From: a virus
Lineage: Duplodnaviria; Caudoviricetes
DNA: 63,476 bases
Direction: 5' to 3' (one strand)
IMG/VR virus record: IMGVR_UViG_3300045950_000243
Span: 1-63,476 of that record
Shown: positions 38,252-47,781 of the stretch, in pieces
Layout of the letters: each line of letters opens with the position of its first letter
Position numbering within the stretch: the stretch's first letter is position 1
Notes under the pieces: model-generated
Database searches by the model: none
The model's input: the letters and a program-made list of their open reading frames with translations, nothing else
Told to the model about the DNA's origin: nothing
Made by a program: the position numbers and the translations under genes

Positions 38252-40735
38252 TCAGATCGGAGTCAGGGGGCTGGCCGGGGTCGGGGTCAGCGGCAGGTGG
38301 ACCCGGGCGTCAAAGGCCACACCCTTCGTGCTGCTGCTGGCCTGGACCAGGGCGTCGAACGGCACGGCGGCCGGGAGGTCGTCGCGGCGCACGGCGGCGT
38401 CGAGGGCGACGGTCTGGGTCCGGTTCTGAATCCGGACGGCGGCGTCGAGGGCGACGCTCTTGGTGCCCGCCGGGTCGTTGACCGCCGCGTCGAAGGCGAC
38501 GGCCCGCGTGTTGATGCCGGCGACCACGCCGTCCCAGGTCAGGGCCCGGGTCAGCCGCAGGGCGACCGCCGCGTCGAAGGCGACCGTCTTGGTCGTCCGC
38601 AGCGCGACGATGGCGTCGAGCGTCTGCCCCGAGGTCCGGTTGGCGAGCTGGACCGCCGCGTCCAGGCCGACCGCCTGCGTAGCCGACGACAGGACGACGT
38701 AGCCGTCGAACACCACGACGGCGATACCGCGCTCCGCCACGGCGCCGTCCCAGGTCAGCGGCAGGCTCGGCTGGCCGATGACCCGGGCGTCGAAGGCGAC
38801 GCTCTTGGTCAGGTTGACCGTCGTCGAGACGTAGGCGTCGAACGGCGCCCATTGGGTGCGGGCCTGCACCTGAACCGCGGCGTCGAGGCTGACCGTCTTG
38901 GCGGCGTTGACGAGCTGCACGGCGGCGTCCGCCGTGATGGTCTGGGTCCGATCCCGGACTTGGACCGCCGCATCGGCGGCGACGGTCTTGGTGAGGTTGG
39001 CGAGCTGCACCGCGGCGTCGCAGTCAGCGCCCTTCGTCCGGTCCGGCACCCGCACGGCGGCATCGGCCGTGACGGACTGCGTGCGGTTGAGCACCAGCAC
39101 CGCTCCGTCCCAGGCGACGGTCTTGGTGGCGTTCTGCAGGAGGACTGCCGCGTCGAAGGCGGCGGGCTTGACCGAGTTGTTGGCGTTGACGAAGCCGTCC
39201 CAGACGACACCCTGCGTACGGTCCAGGAGCCGCACGGCCGCGTCGAGGCTGACCGTCTTCGTGTTCGTCGCGCGGACGAACCCGTCCCAGGCGACGGTCT
39301 GCGTCCGGTTTTGGACCTGCACGGCGGCGTCCGCCGTGACGGGCTTCACCGCCCCGAGAAGCTGCACGGCGGCATCGAAAGCCGCCGACTTGCTGAGGTT
39401 CAGGACCTGGACGCCGGCATCGAGAGTCGCGCCCGCCGTGAGGTTCGAGAACTGCACCGCGGCGTCGAAGTCGACCGGCTGCTGCATCGTGACCGCCGGG
39501 ATCTCGACAAGGCCGTCCCACGCGACCGTCTTGGTGCGGTTGAAGACCTTGACCGCGCCGTCCCAGGCGACGGTCTTGGTGAGGCCGGTGAGCTTGACCG
39601 TGCCGTCCAGCAGCACCCAACTGGCGCGGTTCTGCACCTGGACTGCGCCGTCCCAGTTCTGGCGGACGGCCCCGTCCACGTGGGCGTCGAACGCCACCGT
39701 CTTCGTCTGGTTTTGGACTTGGACCGCCGCGTCGGCGGCGACGGTCTGCGTCCGGGGAATCTGCACGGCCGCATCCGCCGCGACGGTCTTCGTCCGGTTC
39801 AGGACTTGGACCGCCCCGTCCCAGTTGACGGCGAGTTCGACGTCCTCGAACAGGACGGCAGCCATGATCTGGAGCGCGACTCCCAGTTTCTGCTGGACCG
39901 CGGCGTCGAAAGCGACGGTCTTCGTCGCATTGATGAGCTGTACCGCAGCGTCGAAGGCGACCGTCTTGGTGAGGTTGGCGAGCTGCACCGCCGCATCCAG
40001 AGCGGCGGTCTGGGTCCGGTTCTGGATTTGGACCGCAGCGTCCAGGCCGACCGGCTGGGTGCGGTTCTGGATTTGTACGGCCGCGTCGAAGTCAACCGTC
40101 TTGGTGACGTTCGGAATCTGCACCGCGGCATCGGCGGCGACGGCCTGGGTCAGATTCTGGATCTGCACGGCCGCGTCGAACGCGACGGTCTTGGTCAGGT
40201 TCTGGATCTGAACCGCCGCGTCGAGGGTGAGGCGCTTGACCTCGTTGTTGATCTGGTACGTGACCTCGGTGTACATGTAGGTCACGCGCCGGACCACGGT
40301 GCCGGTGCCACCGGCGATGACGCCCATCTCCAGGCTGTCGATGTCGGAGGTGGTCCAGGAGCCGCCGTCCGACGGGCGCGTCGTCCAGGTGCCGCTGTAC
40401 AGCGCGTAGCTCGTCGTCAGCTCGATGAGCGCCGTGCCGGTGTTGGTCGCGTTCTCCCGAATCCGGATGCGGATCTTGCTGTTCGTGTCCGTCGAGTTCA
40501 GCCGGGCCTTGGCGTAGACCTTGACCTGGTTGACCTGGACCGTCCCCTCGACGTTGCCGTAGCTCGGGTTGTCGAGGGTGAAGTGCTGGATCTCGGCGGA
40601 GGGGTCGCTATCGGCGTTGAGGTAAGTGGTGTCGGCGTCGTCGGTGTCGACGGCGTTGACCTTGTCCGCCGTGCCGGTGACCGACCAGTCGTCGAACGCC
40701 CCGATCCCGTCAGCCGTCAGCGTGACGATCGCCAC
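38252..40735 (-). CDS. tandem-repeat fibre protein (candidate collar/whisker)
   Basis: About 165-aa globular N-terminus followed by roughly 40-45 copies of a ~15-aa repeat DAAVQxxNxTKTVAF; adjacent to neck genes. Confidence 0.75.
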   Translation of the reverse strand: MAIVTLTADGIGAFDDWSVTGTADKVNAVDTDDADTTYLNADSDPSAEIQHFTLDNPSYGNVEGTVQVNQVKVYAKARLNSTDTNSKIRIRIRENATNTGTALIELTTSYALYSGTWTTRPSDGGSWTTSDIDSLEMGVIAGGTGTVVRRVTYMYTEVTYQINNEVKRLTLDAAVQIQNLTKTVAFDAAVQIQNLTQAVAADAAVQIPNVTKTVDFDAAVQIQNRTQPVGLDAAVQIQNRTQTAALDAAVQLANLTKTVAFDAAVQLINATKTVAFDAAVQQKLGVALQIMAAVLFEDVELAVNWDGAVQVLNRTKTVAADAAVQIPRTQTVAADAAVQVQNQTKTVAFDAHVDGAVRQNWDGAVQVQNRASWVLLDGTVKLTGLTKTVAWDGAVKVFNRTKTVAWDGLVEIPAVTMQQPVDFDAAVQFSNLTAGATLDAGVQVLNLSKSAAFDAAVQLLGAVKPVTADAAVQVQNRTQTVAWDGFVRATNTKTVSLDAAVRLLDRTQGVVWDGFVNANNSVKPAAFDAAVLLQNATKTVAWDGAVLVLNRTQSVTADAAVRVPDRTKGADCDAAVQLANLTKTVAADAAVQVRDRTQTITADAAVQLVNAAKTVSLDAAVQVQARTQWAPFDAYVSTTVNLTKSVAFDARVIGQPSLPLTWDGAVAERGIAVVVFDGYVVLSSATQAVGLDAAVQLANRTSGQTLDAIVALRTTKTVAFDAAVALRLTRALTWDGVVAGINTRAVAFDAAVNDPAGTKSVALDAAVRIQNRTQTVALDAAVRRDDLPAAVPFDALVQASSSTKGVAFDARVHLPLTPTPASPLTPI
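38300..40230 (-). repeat. ~45-bp coding tandem repeat array
   Basis: Recurring GACGCGGCGGT.CAG...ACCAAGACCGTCGCCTTC units. Confidence 0.85.
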
Positions 40736-41264
40736 GCGCAGCCTCCTGGGCCCGAGCCGCGATCAGTCGCTGCTCCAGTCCGGTCCGCCACCGATCGACC
40801 GCGACGACGAAGTTGGGGTCCTCGCTGTACTCGACCGCGCCCGGGAAGCGGACCAGGAAGAACTCCCCGCCCGCCTGAACCGTAGCGCTGAAGGCCGGCG
40901 TGAAGTAGGTCAGATGCTTGGTCGTACGGCGCCCGGCCGGAGTCTCGACCGCCGCCTCGTAGCCGAGGGCGTAGGCGAAGTACCGCTCGCCGCTGGACAG
41001 CATCCAGACGTTGCGGCGGAACATGACCGCCTTGGCGCCGGGGGGCACGTCGACGGAGACTTCCCGGTACAGCGGGTCGACGGGGTCCCACGAGACCAGC
41101 CGGATCTCCCGGTCCAGCTCGCCGGGAAAGCGGTTGGCGGAACCGTCGGCCGAAAACTCGCGGAGTTCCGACCCGTCCGCGAACGTCACCCTCCAGGTGT
41201 ACAGCCAGCCCTCCGTCAGGAAGGGTCCCGGAGGCAGAGCAGGCATGGTATTGCCGGACGTCAT
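40710..41264 (-). CDS. hypothetical protein
   Basis: WRVTFADGSELREF...; high GC3. Confidence 0.7.
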   Translation of the reverse strand: MTSGNTMPALPPGPFLTEGWLYTWRVTFADGSELREFSADGSANRFPGELDREIRLVSWDPVDPLYREVSVDVPPGAKAVMFRRNVWMLSSGERYFAYALGYEAAVETPAGRRTTKHLTYFTPAFSATVQAGGEFFLVRFPGAVEYSEDPNFVVAVDRWRTGLEQRLIAARAQEAARGDRHADG

Positions 41265-41312
41265 GGGATTGACGCGCTCCGAGGGGAAGGGACGAGGTTC
41301 CGACCCGGCGGG

Positions 41313-41783
41313 TCAGATTTCGTCGTAGACGGCCACGAACTGGTTGTCGGTGATCTCACCGCCCGCGGCGTTGGTCGCCACGTCGATCTGGGTGTAGAAC
41401 AGGTCGCCCCACTGGCCCGTGCCGGTCTTGGTGCCCGAGTTCGTCCAGGACACTTCCGACGTGGTGAGCGTGGTCGTGGCGACCGTCGAGTCGGTGCCCA
41501 CCGGCTGGGTGTAGGTCGCGGTGAAGCCGTAGTACATCGTCAGGCCGGTGTCCATCGCCAGGTTCAGCTTCACCCGCAGGTTGCTGAGCTGGCTGGACGG
41601 GGCGACCGTGACGTTGATGCGGCACGCCTTCTCGAACGACCGGTTCACGCCCGAGGTCGGCCGGACCAGCGGGTTGATCGAGTCGTCCGTGTTGTCGTTG
41701 GCGGCCTTGAAGCGCAGCTTCGTCACCGCGCCCCAGGTCGCCGTAGCGGCCGTGGAGTTCTCCCACGTGAGAGTTGCAGCCAT
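41313..41783 (-). CDS. putative structural protein
   Basis: Thr-rich, beta-type, 156 aa, ends YDEI; AGGAG RBS. Confidence 0.7.
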   Translation of the reverse strand: MAATLTWENSTAATATWGAVTKLRFKAANDNTDDSINPLVRPTSGVNRSFEKACRINVTVAPSSQLSNLRVKLNLAMDTGLTMYYGFTATYTQPVGTDSTVATTTLTTSEVSWTNSGTKTGTGQWGDLFYTQIDVATNAAGGEITDNQFVAVYDEI

Positions 41784-41786
41784 GCA

Positions 41787-42188
41787 TCACTCCTTGGACT
41801 CGAAGACGCGCAGCAGTTCGCCGTTGGGGTCGAACTCCACGCGCAGCCTGGGCAGCACGCTGTCGCTCAGTCCGGCCTGCCGCGCGGCTGCCTGGAACGC
41901 GGCCTGGAAGTCGGCCTCCGCGGCGCGGTACTTCTGCACCGTCTCCTGCCGGTGCCGCTCCGCGGACAGCAGGCGGTCGGCGGCCCGCCGGGAATGTTCC
42001 CGGTAGTCGAGGTCCAGCCGCAGCTTGGCGGCCTGGGCCTCCTCGTGCTCCTGCTGGGCCCGCTGCGCCGCGTCCTCCGCGAACCGCAGGGCCCAGCGGC
42101 GCTTCTCCAGGAGCAGGCGCTGCTCGCCGGTCAGCTCGACCGCGCCCGTCCCGTTGGACGGGGTTTCGACGGCAACCGTCTCGGCCAT
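41787..42188 (-). CDS. coiled-coil hypothetical protein
   Basis: Ala/Glu/Gln-rich heptads. Confidence 0.7.
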   Translation of the reverse strand: MAETVAVETPSNGTGAVELTGEQRLLLEKRRWALRFAEDAAQRAQQEHEEAQAAKLRLDLDYREHSRRAADRLLSAERHRQETVQKYRAAEADFQAAFQAAARQAGLSDSVLPRLRVEFDPNGELLRVFESKE

Positions 42189-42191
42189 GGC

Positions 42192-42680
42192 TCAGCCCCG
42201 CCGGAGCAGCTTGCGGGCGAGGTCGAGCTTCGGCAGCTCCATGGCGTCGGCCGGCAGGTCGACGCCGAGGAACTCCGCCAGCTTCGCCATGTCCTTGCGG
42301 CTGTTGCCGACCAGTTCCAGGACCTGGTACTCGTCGGCCTTGGCCAAGAGTTCGGTCCACTGGCCGCGGGACTTGCCGAGGCACTTGTCCTTGCTGACCG
42401 GCTCGTCGGCGGCCTTCTTGGGCCGCTGGAGCAGGTCGTCGAGCAGGTGGAGCGGGTCGACGATCCGGGAGACGTGGGTCTCCTCGGGGCACTGGATCAG
42501 GCCCTTCTTGGGGTCGACGCACCGGCGGAACGGGGCGCCGATGACCACCTGTCCGGGCTTGATCGTGACGCGGTTGCCGGTCGGCGTCGGGACCACGACG
42601 TCGAACGGCTGACGGTTGATGAAGAACGGCACCTGCCTGGTCTGCCGGACGGTCTCCGGCTCCTGCTGCACTGCGGCCAT
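42192..42680 (-). CDS. hypothetical protein
   Basis: 162 aa, GGAGG RBS, follows the major capsid gene. Confidence 0.7.
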   Translation of the reverse strand: MAAVQQEPETVRQTRQVPFFINRQPFDVVVPTPTGNRVTIKPGQVVIGAPFRRCVDPKKGLIQCPEETHVSRIVDPLHLLDDLLQRPKKAADEPVSKDKCLGKSRGQWTELLAKADEYQVLELVGNSRKDMAKLAEFLGVDLPADAMELPKLDLARKLLRRG

Positions 42681-42692
42681 GGTGGGCCTCCG

Positions 42693-42720
42693 AAAAGCGG
42701 GAGCACGACGTCAGTCCCGC
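42693..42720 (-). terminator. putative intrinsic terminator after the major capsid gene
   Basis: GCGGGA-N12-TCCCGC followed by TTTT on the minus strand. Confidence 0.45.
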
Positions 42721-42804
42721 CGTGCCATGGGGAACGCCGGGGCGGAGACGCACGGTCCCCCGCCCCGGCGCTGGACTTCCTCAGTCAGACTGCGACGGCG
42801 ACGA

Positions 42805-44253
42805 CTACGGGTTGAGGACTTCGCCCGTCGCGTAGAACTTGCTGTTGACCGCCTTCTTGCCGTACTGCGTGCCCACACCCTGGCGGGTCATGAAGTCCTC
42901 CAGGGTGATCGGGTTGGTCATGTACAGCGGGACGTACGGCGCGTAGATGTAGCCGGCGTCGTACAGGCTGGTGCCCTTGAACCCGATCACCCACTTCGCC
43001 GCCGAGGTGAAGTACGGGTCCTTGTAGAGCGTCCAGCGGCTGCCGAGGGTGCCGATCTTGACCACGCCCGCGGTGCCCTGGGTGCTGAGGCCGCCGGCCA
43101 CCGCCTCGAACTTCGGCAGCGACTCGATGACCGTGCACACGTCCGTGCCGGCGACCGCCCAGTTCGGGTGCACCCGGCGGGTGGCCGAGAACACCTGGTT
43201 GCTGTTGGCGATCAGCGAGTCCTCGAAGCTGAGCTTGTGCTCGGCCCAGCCGATGCCCGCCGGGACGGTCTTGTCCCACTGCACGTTGCCGGCCTGCGCG
43301 AAGTTGAACAGGTCGTCGATCACCTCGCGGTCGACCTCGAACTTGAGGATGTCGGACATGACACCCATCAGCTCGGTCTGCGCGTCGATGCCGTGCAGGG
43401 CCTGGAGGTTCTGCGCGGCCTCCATGCTGTACTGCGACTTCATCTTGCGCTGGACGGCCGCGACCGGAGCACCCGTGATCTGGATGTTGATCTCGGGGAT
43501 GTTGGTGTTGGCCTCCGTGTCGTACTCGTAGGTGAACTTGAGGCTGTTCGCGTCGACGTTGGCCGTCGAGTTGACCGCGAAGTTGCCGTTCGAGTACGTG
43601 ATCGTGCTGGCGAGCAGGTCGGCGTTCGACGACACCAGGTTGCCGTTGCCGTCGTCGGTGAAGGTGACGGTCGTCGCACCCGACGTGTGGGTGTACGAGC
43701 CGGTCACGGTGCCGGGACGGACGGGGGTGAACGCCAGGTTGCCGGTCGGGTCGCCCGACGCCGCGAACGCCTCCTGCGGCACGACCGCCGAGGAGTAGTA
43801 CTTCGTGTTCGCGGGACCGGTCCGGGCGTCCATGATGGCGGTGCCGCTGGTCTGGTTCCCCTTGGTCGTCCCCATGAGGAAGTCCAGGTAGAACACCAGC
43901 GTCACCGGCACGGTCATCGGCTGGACCGTGGCGATGTCGTTGACCACGAAGTTCGGCGCGGCCGCGCGGATCACGCCGAAGGCGGCCTTGTCCCAGCCGC
44001 CGATGTTCACCAGCTTGGTCGTCTCCGTGAGGACTCCGTTCGCGCCCTCGGACATGAGGGAGAACTGCGGCCGGTTGGCCATCACGTAGCCGTACTGGTT
44101 CTCCAGGAGGATCGCGGTCCACGCCCGCCGATCGCCGGTCAGACCCTCGCAGAGGTCCTTCCAGCGGGTGTCGGCGAGACGGTGGCCCACCCGACGCAGG
44201 CCCTGCTGGGCCCGGTCGGCCTCCGGATTCGGGAGGATGTTGAGTGCCGTCAT
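42805..44253 (-). CDS. major capsid protein (T4 gp23-like)
   Basis: ILLENQ; VQPMT.P..LVFYL; RKMKSQYSMEAAQNLQALHGIDA.TEL; EVDREVI; YAPYVPL. Confidence 0.96.
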   Translation of the reverse strand: MTALNILPNPEADRAQQGLRRVGHRLADTRWKDLCEGLTGDRRAWTAILLENQYGYVMANRPQFSLMSEGANGVLTETTKLVNIGGWDKAAFGVIRAAAPNFVVNDIATVQPMTVPVTLVFYLDFLMGTTKGNQTSGTAIMDARTGPANTKYYSSAVVPQEAFAASGDPTGNLAFTPVRPGTVTGSYTHTSGATTVTFTDDGNGNLVSSNADLLASTITYSNGNFAVNSTANVDANSLKFTYEYDTEANTNIPEINIQITGAPVAAVQRKMKSQYSMEAAQNLQALHGIDAQTELMGVMSDILKFEVDREVIDDLFNFAQAGNVQWDKTVPAGIGWAEHKLSFEDSLIANSNQVFSATRRVHPNWAVAGTDVCTVIESLPKFEAVAGGLSTQGTAGVVKIGTLGSRWTLYKDPYFTSAAKWVIGFKGTSLYDAGYIYAPYVPLYMTNPITLEDFMTRQGVGTQYGKKAVNSKFYATGEVLNP

Positions 44254-44264
44254 CGCAGTGGTGC

Positions 44265-45911
44265 TCAGCTCCAGTTGCGCCCGGCGAGGACCTGCTTGGT
44301 CATCTCCACGAGCACGGACGGACCGCTGCTCGGGGTGGCCGGCACAGGCGAAGGAGCGGGCGCCGCCTCCTTCGGGGGACCGGAGGGCAAGGCGGACTCG
44401 AACTTGACCGCCGGCTCCTTGGGCGGCTCCTTGGCCTCGGTCTTCGCCGGGGTGGCCGGCGGGGTCGGGGCCTCGGGCGCCTTCGGAGGCGGCGCGGCCT
44501 CGGCCTTGGCCGGGGCCATGTTGCCGCCGCACTCCGGGCACTCCATGGACGTGACGTCCGGGTCCACCTCCTCGGTGTGCCCGCAGCCGTCACACTTGAG
44601 CGTCACGGCGCTCCCGCCCGGCGCTTCCGGGGCGGCGCCGCCGTCGCCGTCCATCTCGCGGATGGCCTGCGAGTGAAGGCGAATCGACTCGTCCAGGTCC
44701 TTCAGGGTCCGGATCTTCTCCAGCACCGGCCGGAACCGGGCGAGCTTGGGGTTGTCTTCGAGGGCCTCGCGGATGCGCGCCAGCCGCTTGCCCTCGTCGT
44801 TGCGGACGAGGATCTCGGCGACCAGCGCCCGGAAGGCGCCGCACTTCTTCTCGGCCGCCTCCAGCGCCTTCTGCGCCTCGCGCAGCTTGCGCCGCTGGAA
44901 CGCGGCCATCTTGACCAGCGCCTCGCCCAGGCGCAGGGACGCCTGGTAGCGGCGGCCGGGGACGGCGCCGCGGCGGAGCTGCTTGGCCAGGGACTCGGCC
45001 TGGTCGCGCCAGTAGCGCGCGGTGCGGTCCAGCTCCTCCAGCAGGCCGGCCTGCGCCGCGCCGTTGCCGTTGGCCCGGCGGGCTTCCTCGACGCGCACGG
45101 CGAGGCGGTGGCCCTGCTCGGCGTACGCCTTGTCGCGCAGCGCCTGGACCATCGACCGGGCTTCGGTGACGACGGCCTGGGCGTCCTGGGCGACGGGCTT
45201 GAGTTCGTCCTTCTGCGCGGCCAGGGTCTGGACCTTCGCCTCGCCCTCGACCAGTTCGGCGGCGAAGCGGTCCAGCGCGGCCAGGTCCGCCCCGACCGCC
45301 TCCTTGAGGATGTTGTGGGCCCGCACCTGATGTGCCAGGATCTCGGCCCGCTTGGCGTCCATGCTTGCCTCCAGCTTGTAGGGACCATCCAGGGCCTCGA
45401 CCAGTGCCGGGTACGCACCCGGGGTGCTCGGCCGGTCCACAAAGTCCCAGGTATCGGGAACGTAGTCGTCTTGCACGATCTCGGCGCCGCCTTCGACCTT
45501 GGAGGAGCCGCGCCCGCGGGACGACACCCCGACGGGCGACTTCGCGCGGAACAGCTCCTGCAGGATCTTGCCGGCAGGCGTTCCGAGGATCAGAGCCTCG
45601 CCCAGAACCTCGTTGCCGCTCAGCGTGAGGCCCGTGACGATGTGCGAGACCCGCGAGATGTTCGTCACCCCGTCGGCGGGGTGCTCCAGCTCACCGCGCA
45701 TCTGGTTGGAGCGCAGCCGCTCCTGCAGCTCCCTGCTCTCCAGCACCCGCTGCCACAAGCGCAGCGGGTAGATGCGCCCGTTGCCGTTCTTGGTCTCGGC
45801 GAGCTGGAAGCGACCGCGGACGCGCATCCAACCGTTGGCGCGCTCCTCCTTGGTCGCCTCGCAGATGGAGAAGACCGACGGCGGCAGGGCTTCGACGAGC
45901 AGTTGCGTCAT
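44265..45911 (-). CDS. prohead protease (T4 gp21-like) fused to scaffold-like coiled coil and zinc ribbon
   Basis: KNGNGRIYP; GELEHP; VSHIV; TPAGKI; GVSSRGRGS; WDFVDRPS; then coiled coil, CDGC..CPEC and a Pro/Ala linker. Confidence 0.93.
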   Translation of the reverse strand: MTQLLVEALPPSVFSICEATKEERANGWMRVRGRFQLAETKNGNGRIYPLRLWQRVLESRELQERLRSNQMRGELEHPADGVTNISRVSHIVTGLTLSGNEVLGEALILGTPAGKILQELFRAKSPVGVSSRGRGSSKVEGGAEIVQDDYVPDTWDFVDRPSTPGAYPALVEALDGPYKLEASMDAKRAEILAHQVRAHNILKEAVGADLAALDRFAAELVEGEAKVQTLAAQKDELKPVAQDAQAVVTEARSMVQALRDKAYAEQGHRLAVRVEEARRANGNGAAQAGLLEELDRTARYWRDQAESLAKQLRRGAVPGRRYQASLRLGEALVKMAAFQRRKLREAQKALEAAEKKCGAFRALVAEILVRNDEGKRLARIREALEDNPKLARFRPVLEKIRTLKDLDESIRLHSQAIREMDGDGGAAPEAPGGSAVTLKCDGCGHTEEVDPDVTSMECPECGGNMAPAKAEAAPPPKAPEAPTPPATPAKTEAKEPPKEPAVKFESALPSGPPKEAAPAPSPVPATPSSGPSVLVEMTKQVLAGRNWS

Positions 45912-46624
45912 GCGGTCTTCGCCTTCCGCGGCCGGAGCAGGCGCTGCGCTTCGTGCAGCGCGTCCCCGCCGCGCACCACCCGGTCGATGGCCCGTTCGAG
46001 GCTGTCCCGGATGGCGGCGTCCGCCCCGAAGTGCTGCATGAGCCGGACCACCTCCTCGGCGTGCTTCACCGAGATGCCCAGCTCGCTTGCGATGGCCCCC
46101 AAGGCGGCCCCCTTGTCCAGCATCTGCACGACCCGGTCGACCTGGGAGACATCCAGGCCCGTCCGTCCGGCGATCTCTGCCGCGAGCTGCGCGGCCTTGG
46201 GAGGAATCCCAGTCGGTTCACCCATGGACTCGTTCCTTTGCTGTTGCCAGGCGAAGCGGCGCGGCGTCGGCGCCGGCACCGAGAGGGCCGAAGCCCCGTA
46301 GAACGTCGTGGAGGGTTCGTCGATCCGGTTCTGCACCCAGTACCGGTTGCTCAGGACGTGACCCCGCCAGACGCCGCGGTAGCCCCGGTGCTCCCGGATG
46401 TACTCCCGGAGGTAACGCACCGCCGCACCGCGCGAGACGCCGCGGGCGAGCTTGAGGAAGCGCTCGTAGACGGCCCGCGACACCGGGAACCAGTACGGCC
46501 GTCTCCGCAGTTGGACGACGAGTTCGGCGCGCTTGGTGCCCGGAGCCTGGCTGTAGCTGAAGACCCGCAGCCACTCCGGGCGCTCGCCGAGGACCTCGCA
46601 GAGCGCTTCCTGAAAGACGTGCAC
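45908..46624 (-). CDS. hypothetical protein (KTSC-like N-terminal part, HTH-like C-terminal part)
   Basis: YWFPVSRAVYERFL...SRG...YIRE; GAALGAIASELGISVKHAEEV. Confidence 0.55.
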   Translation of the reverse strand: MHVFQEALCEVLGERPEWLRVFSYSQAPGTKRAELVVQLRRRPYWFPVSRAVYERFLKLARGVSRGAAVRYLREYIREHRGYRGVWRGHVLSNRYWVQNRIDEPSTTFYGASALSVPAPTPRRFAWQQQRNESMGEPTGIPPKAAQLAAEIAGRTGLDVSQVDRVVQMLDKGAALGAIASELGISVKHAEEVVRLMQHFGADAAIRDSLERAIDRVVRGGDALHEAQRLLRPRKAKTA

Positions 46625-46625
46625 T

Positions 46626-47027
46626 TCAGCGCGTGACCCGGGTGGCGTCGCGCAGGCGGCCCTTGACCGTCAGGGTGTTGCCCGTCGGCGTGGCGCCCGT
46701 GTCCCGGGCCTTGGCCCGGACGTGGGTCTCGTGGGGCAGCGTCTCGACCACGGCCACGACGTCCTTGTCCGCCGCCGAGGCCGAGACGGTCTCATCGAGA
46801 TCCTCCCAGTAGGTCGTGCCGCCGTCGTCGGACACCTCGACGCGCAGGTCGAGGACCGAGGCCGTCCCCTTGTTGAAGTCGATGTCGAGGACGACGCCGT
46901 TGGTGACGCCCCCCTTCCGGGTCGAACCGGTCTCCTTGAGGACGAGCGCGGTCGAGTTCTTGTAGGTACCGTCGAGGATGACCGCGCTCATCATCGTGAG
47001 GTCGCTGGTGATGCCGCTCAGTGCCAT
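46626..47027 (-). CDS. small beta-sandwich structural protein
   Basis: LRVEVSDDGGTTY; paralogue of 47040-47408. Confidence 0.7.
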   Translation of the reverse strand: MALSGITSDLTMMSAVILDGTYKNSTALVLKETGSTRKGGVTNGVVLDIDFNKGTASVLDLRVEVSDDGGTTYWEDLDETVSASAADKDVVAVVETLPHETHVRAKARDTGATPTGNTLTVKGRLRDATRVTR

Positions 47028-47039
47028 GGGATCGGCCTC

Positions 47040-47408
47040 TCAGGTCAGGAGCGGGACGGCGATGCTGTCGAAGCGCGCCTTGACCACCACGTCGGCGGTG
47101 GTGCCGCCGGTGCCCTTGACGGCCACCTGCACCTTGTTCTCCGAGGCCGCGAGGTCGCGGACCAGGAACCGGTAGCTGCCGTTGGCGGTGACGCTCTTCT
47201 CGAACCGCGGCCGGTACGTGGTCCCGCCGTCCCGCGACGTCTGGACCCGGACTTCGACCGAGGTGTTGATCTGCGCGACGGTGAAGTACAGCACGAGATG
47301 GCGCGCGCCCCGCGTGCTGAGCACGGTCGTCTGGCCCGCCGTGTAGGTCGTGGCCGCGTCCGTGATGTTGAGGATCGTGCTGGTCTTGCCCAGCCCCTCA
47401 TTGGCCAT
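47040..47408 (-). CDS. small beta-sandwich structural protein
   Basis: VRVQTSRDGGTTY. Confidence 0.7.
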   Translation of the reverse strand: MANEGLGKTSTILNITDAATTYTAGQTTVLSTRGARHLVLYFTVAQINTSVEVRVQTSRDGGTTYRPRFEKSVTANGSYRFLVRDLAASENKVQVAVKGTGGTTADVVVKARFDSIAVPLLT

Positions 47409-47778
47409 GTCGGAACCCTCCGAAACCGGTCAGGGGATCGTCGAACGCCCCCTGGTAGTCCTGCACCACGAAAGGCACGCGACGGCCCACCATCGCGTGC
47501 AACAGATCGCCTACCGAGGACGTCGACGAGTCCGGCGGACGCGACGGCGTCGAAACTTCCTGGCGCACCAGGTCGTAGCGCACGCAGGGGAAGCTCCACG
47601 CCAGGTCCACGACCCGGTCGACCTGCTCACACCGCACCCGCCGCAGCCACTCGGTCAGCTCCTCCCGCGGCAGGCGGTACGAGCCCGTCTCCAGGAGCAG
47701 CAGCACCTCGTCGTCGCCGAAGTCCCGGCGCAGCTCGAAGGCCGTCACGCCGACCGCAGCGGGCCGCAGGCGGTACAC
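47398..47778 (-). CDS. hypothetical protein
   Basis: 126-aa ORF, high GC3. Confidence 0.6.
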   Translation of the reverse strand: MYRLRPAAVGVTAFELRRDFGDDEVLLLLETGSYRLPREELTEWLRRVRCEQVDRVVDLAWSFPCVRYDLVRQEVSTPSRPPDSSTSSVGDLLHAMVGRRVPFVVQDYQGAFDDPLTGFGGFRHGQ

Positions 47779-47781
47779 GGC

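Noticed and set aside
38300-40230. Possible CRISPR array
   Set aside because: The ~45-bp units are in-frame degenerate coding repeats without unique spacers, and no cas genes are present
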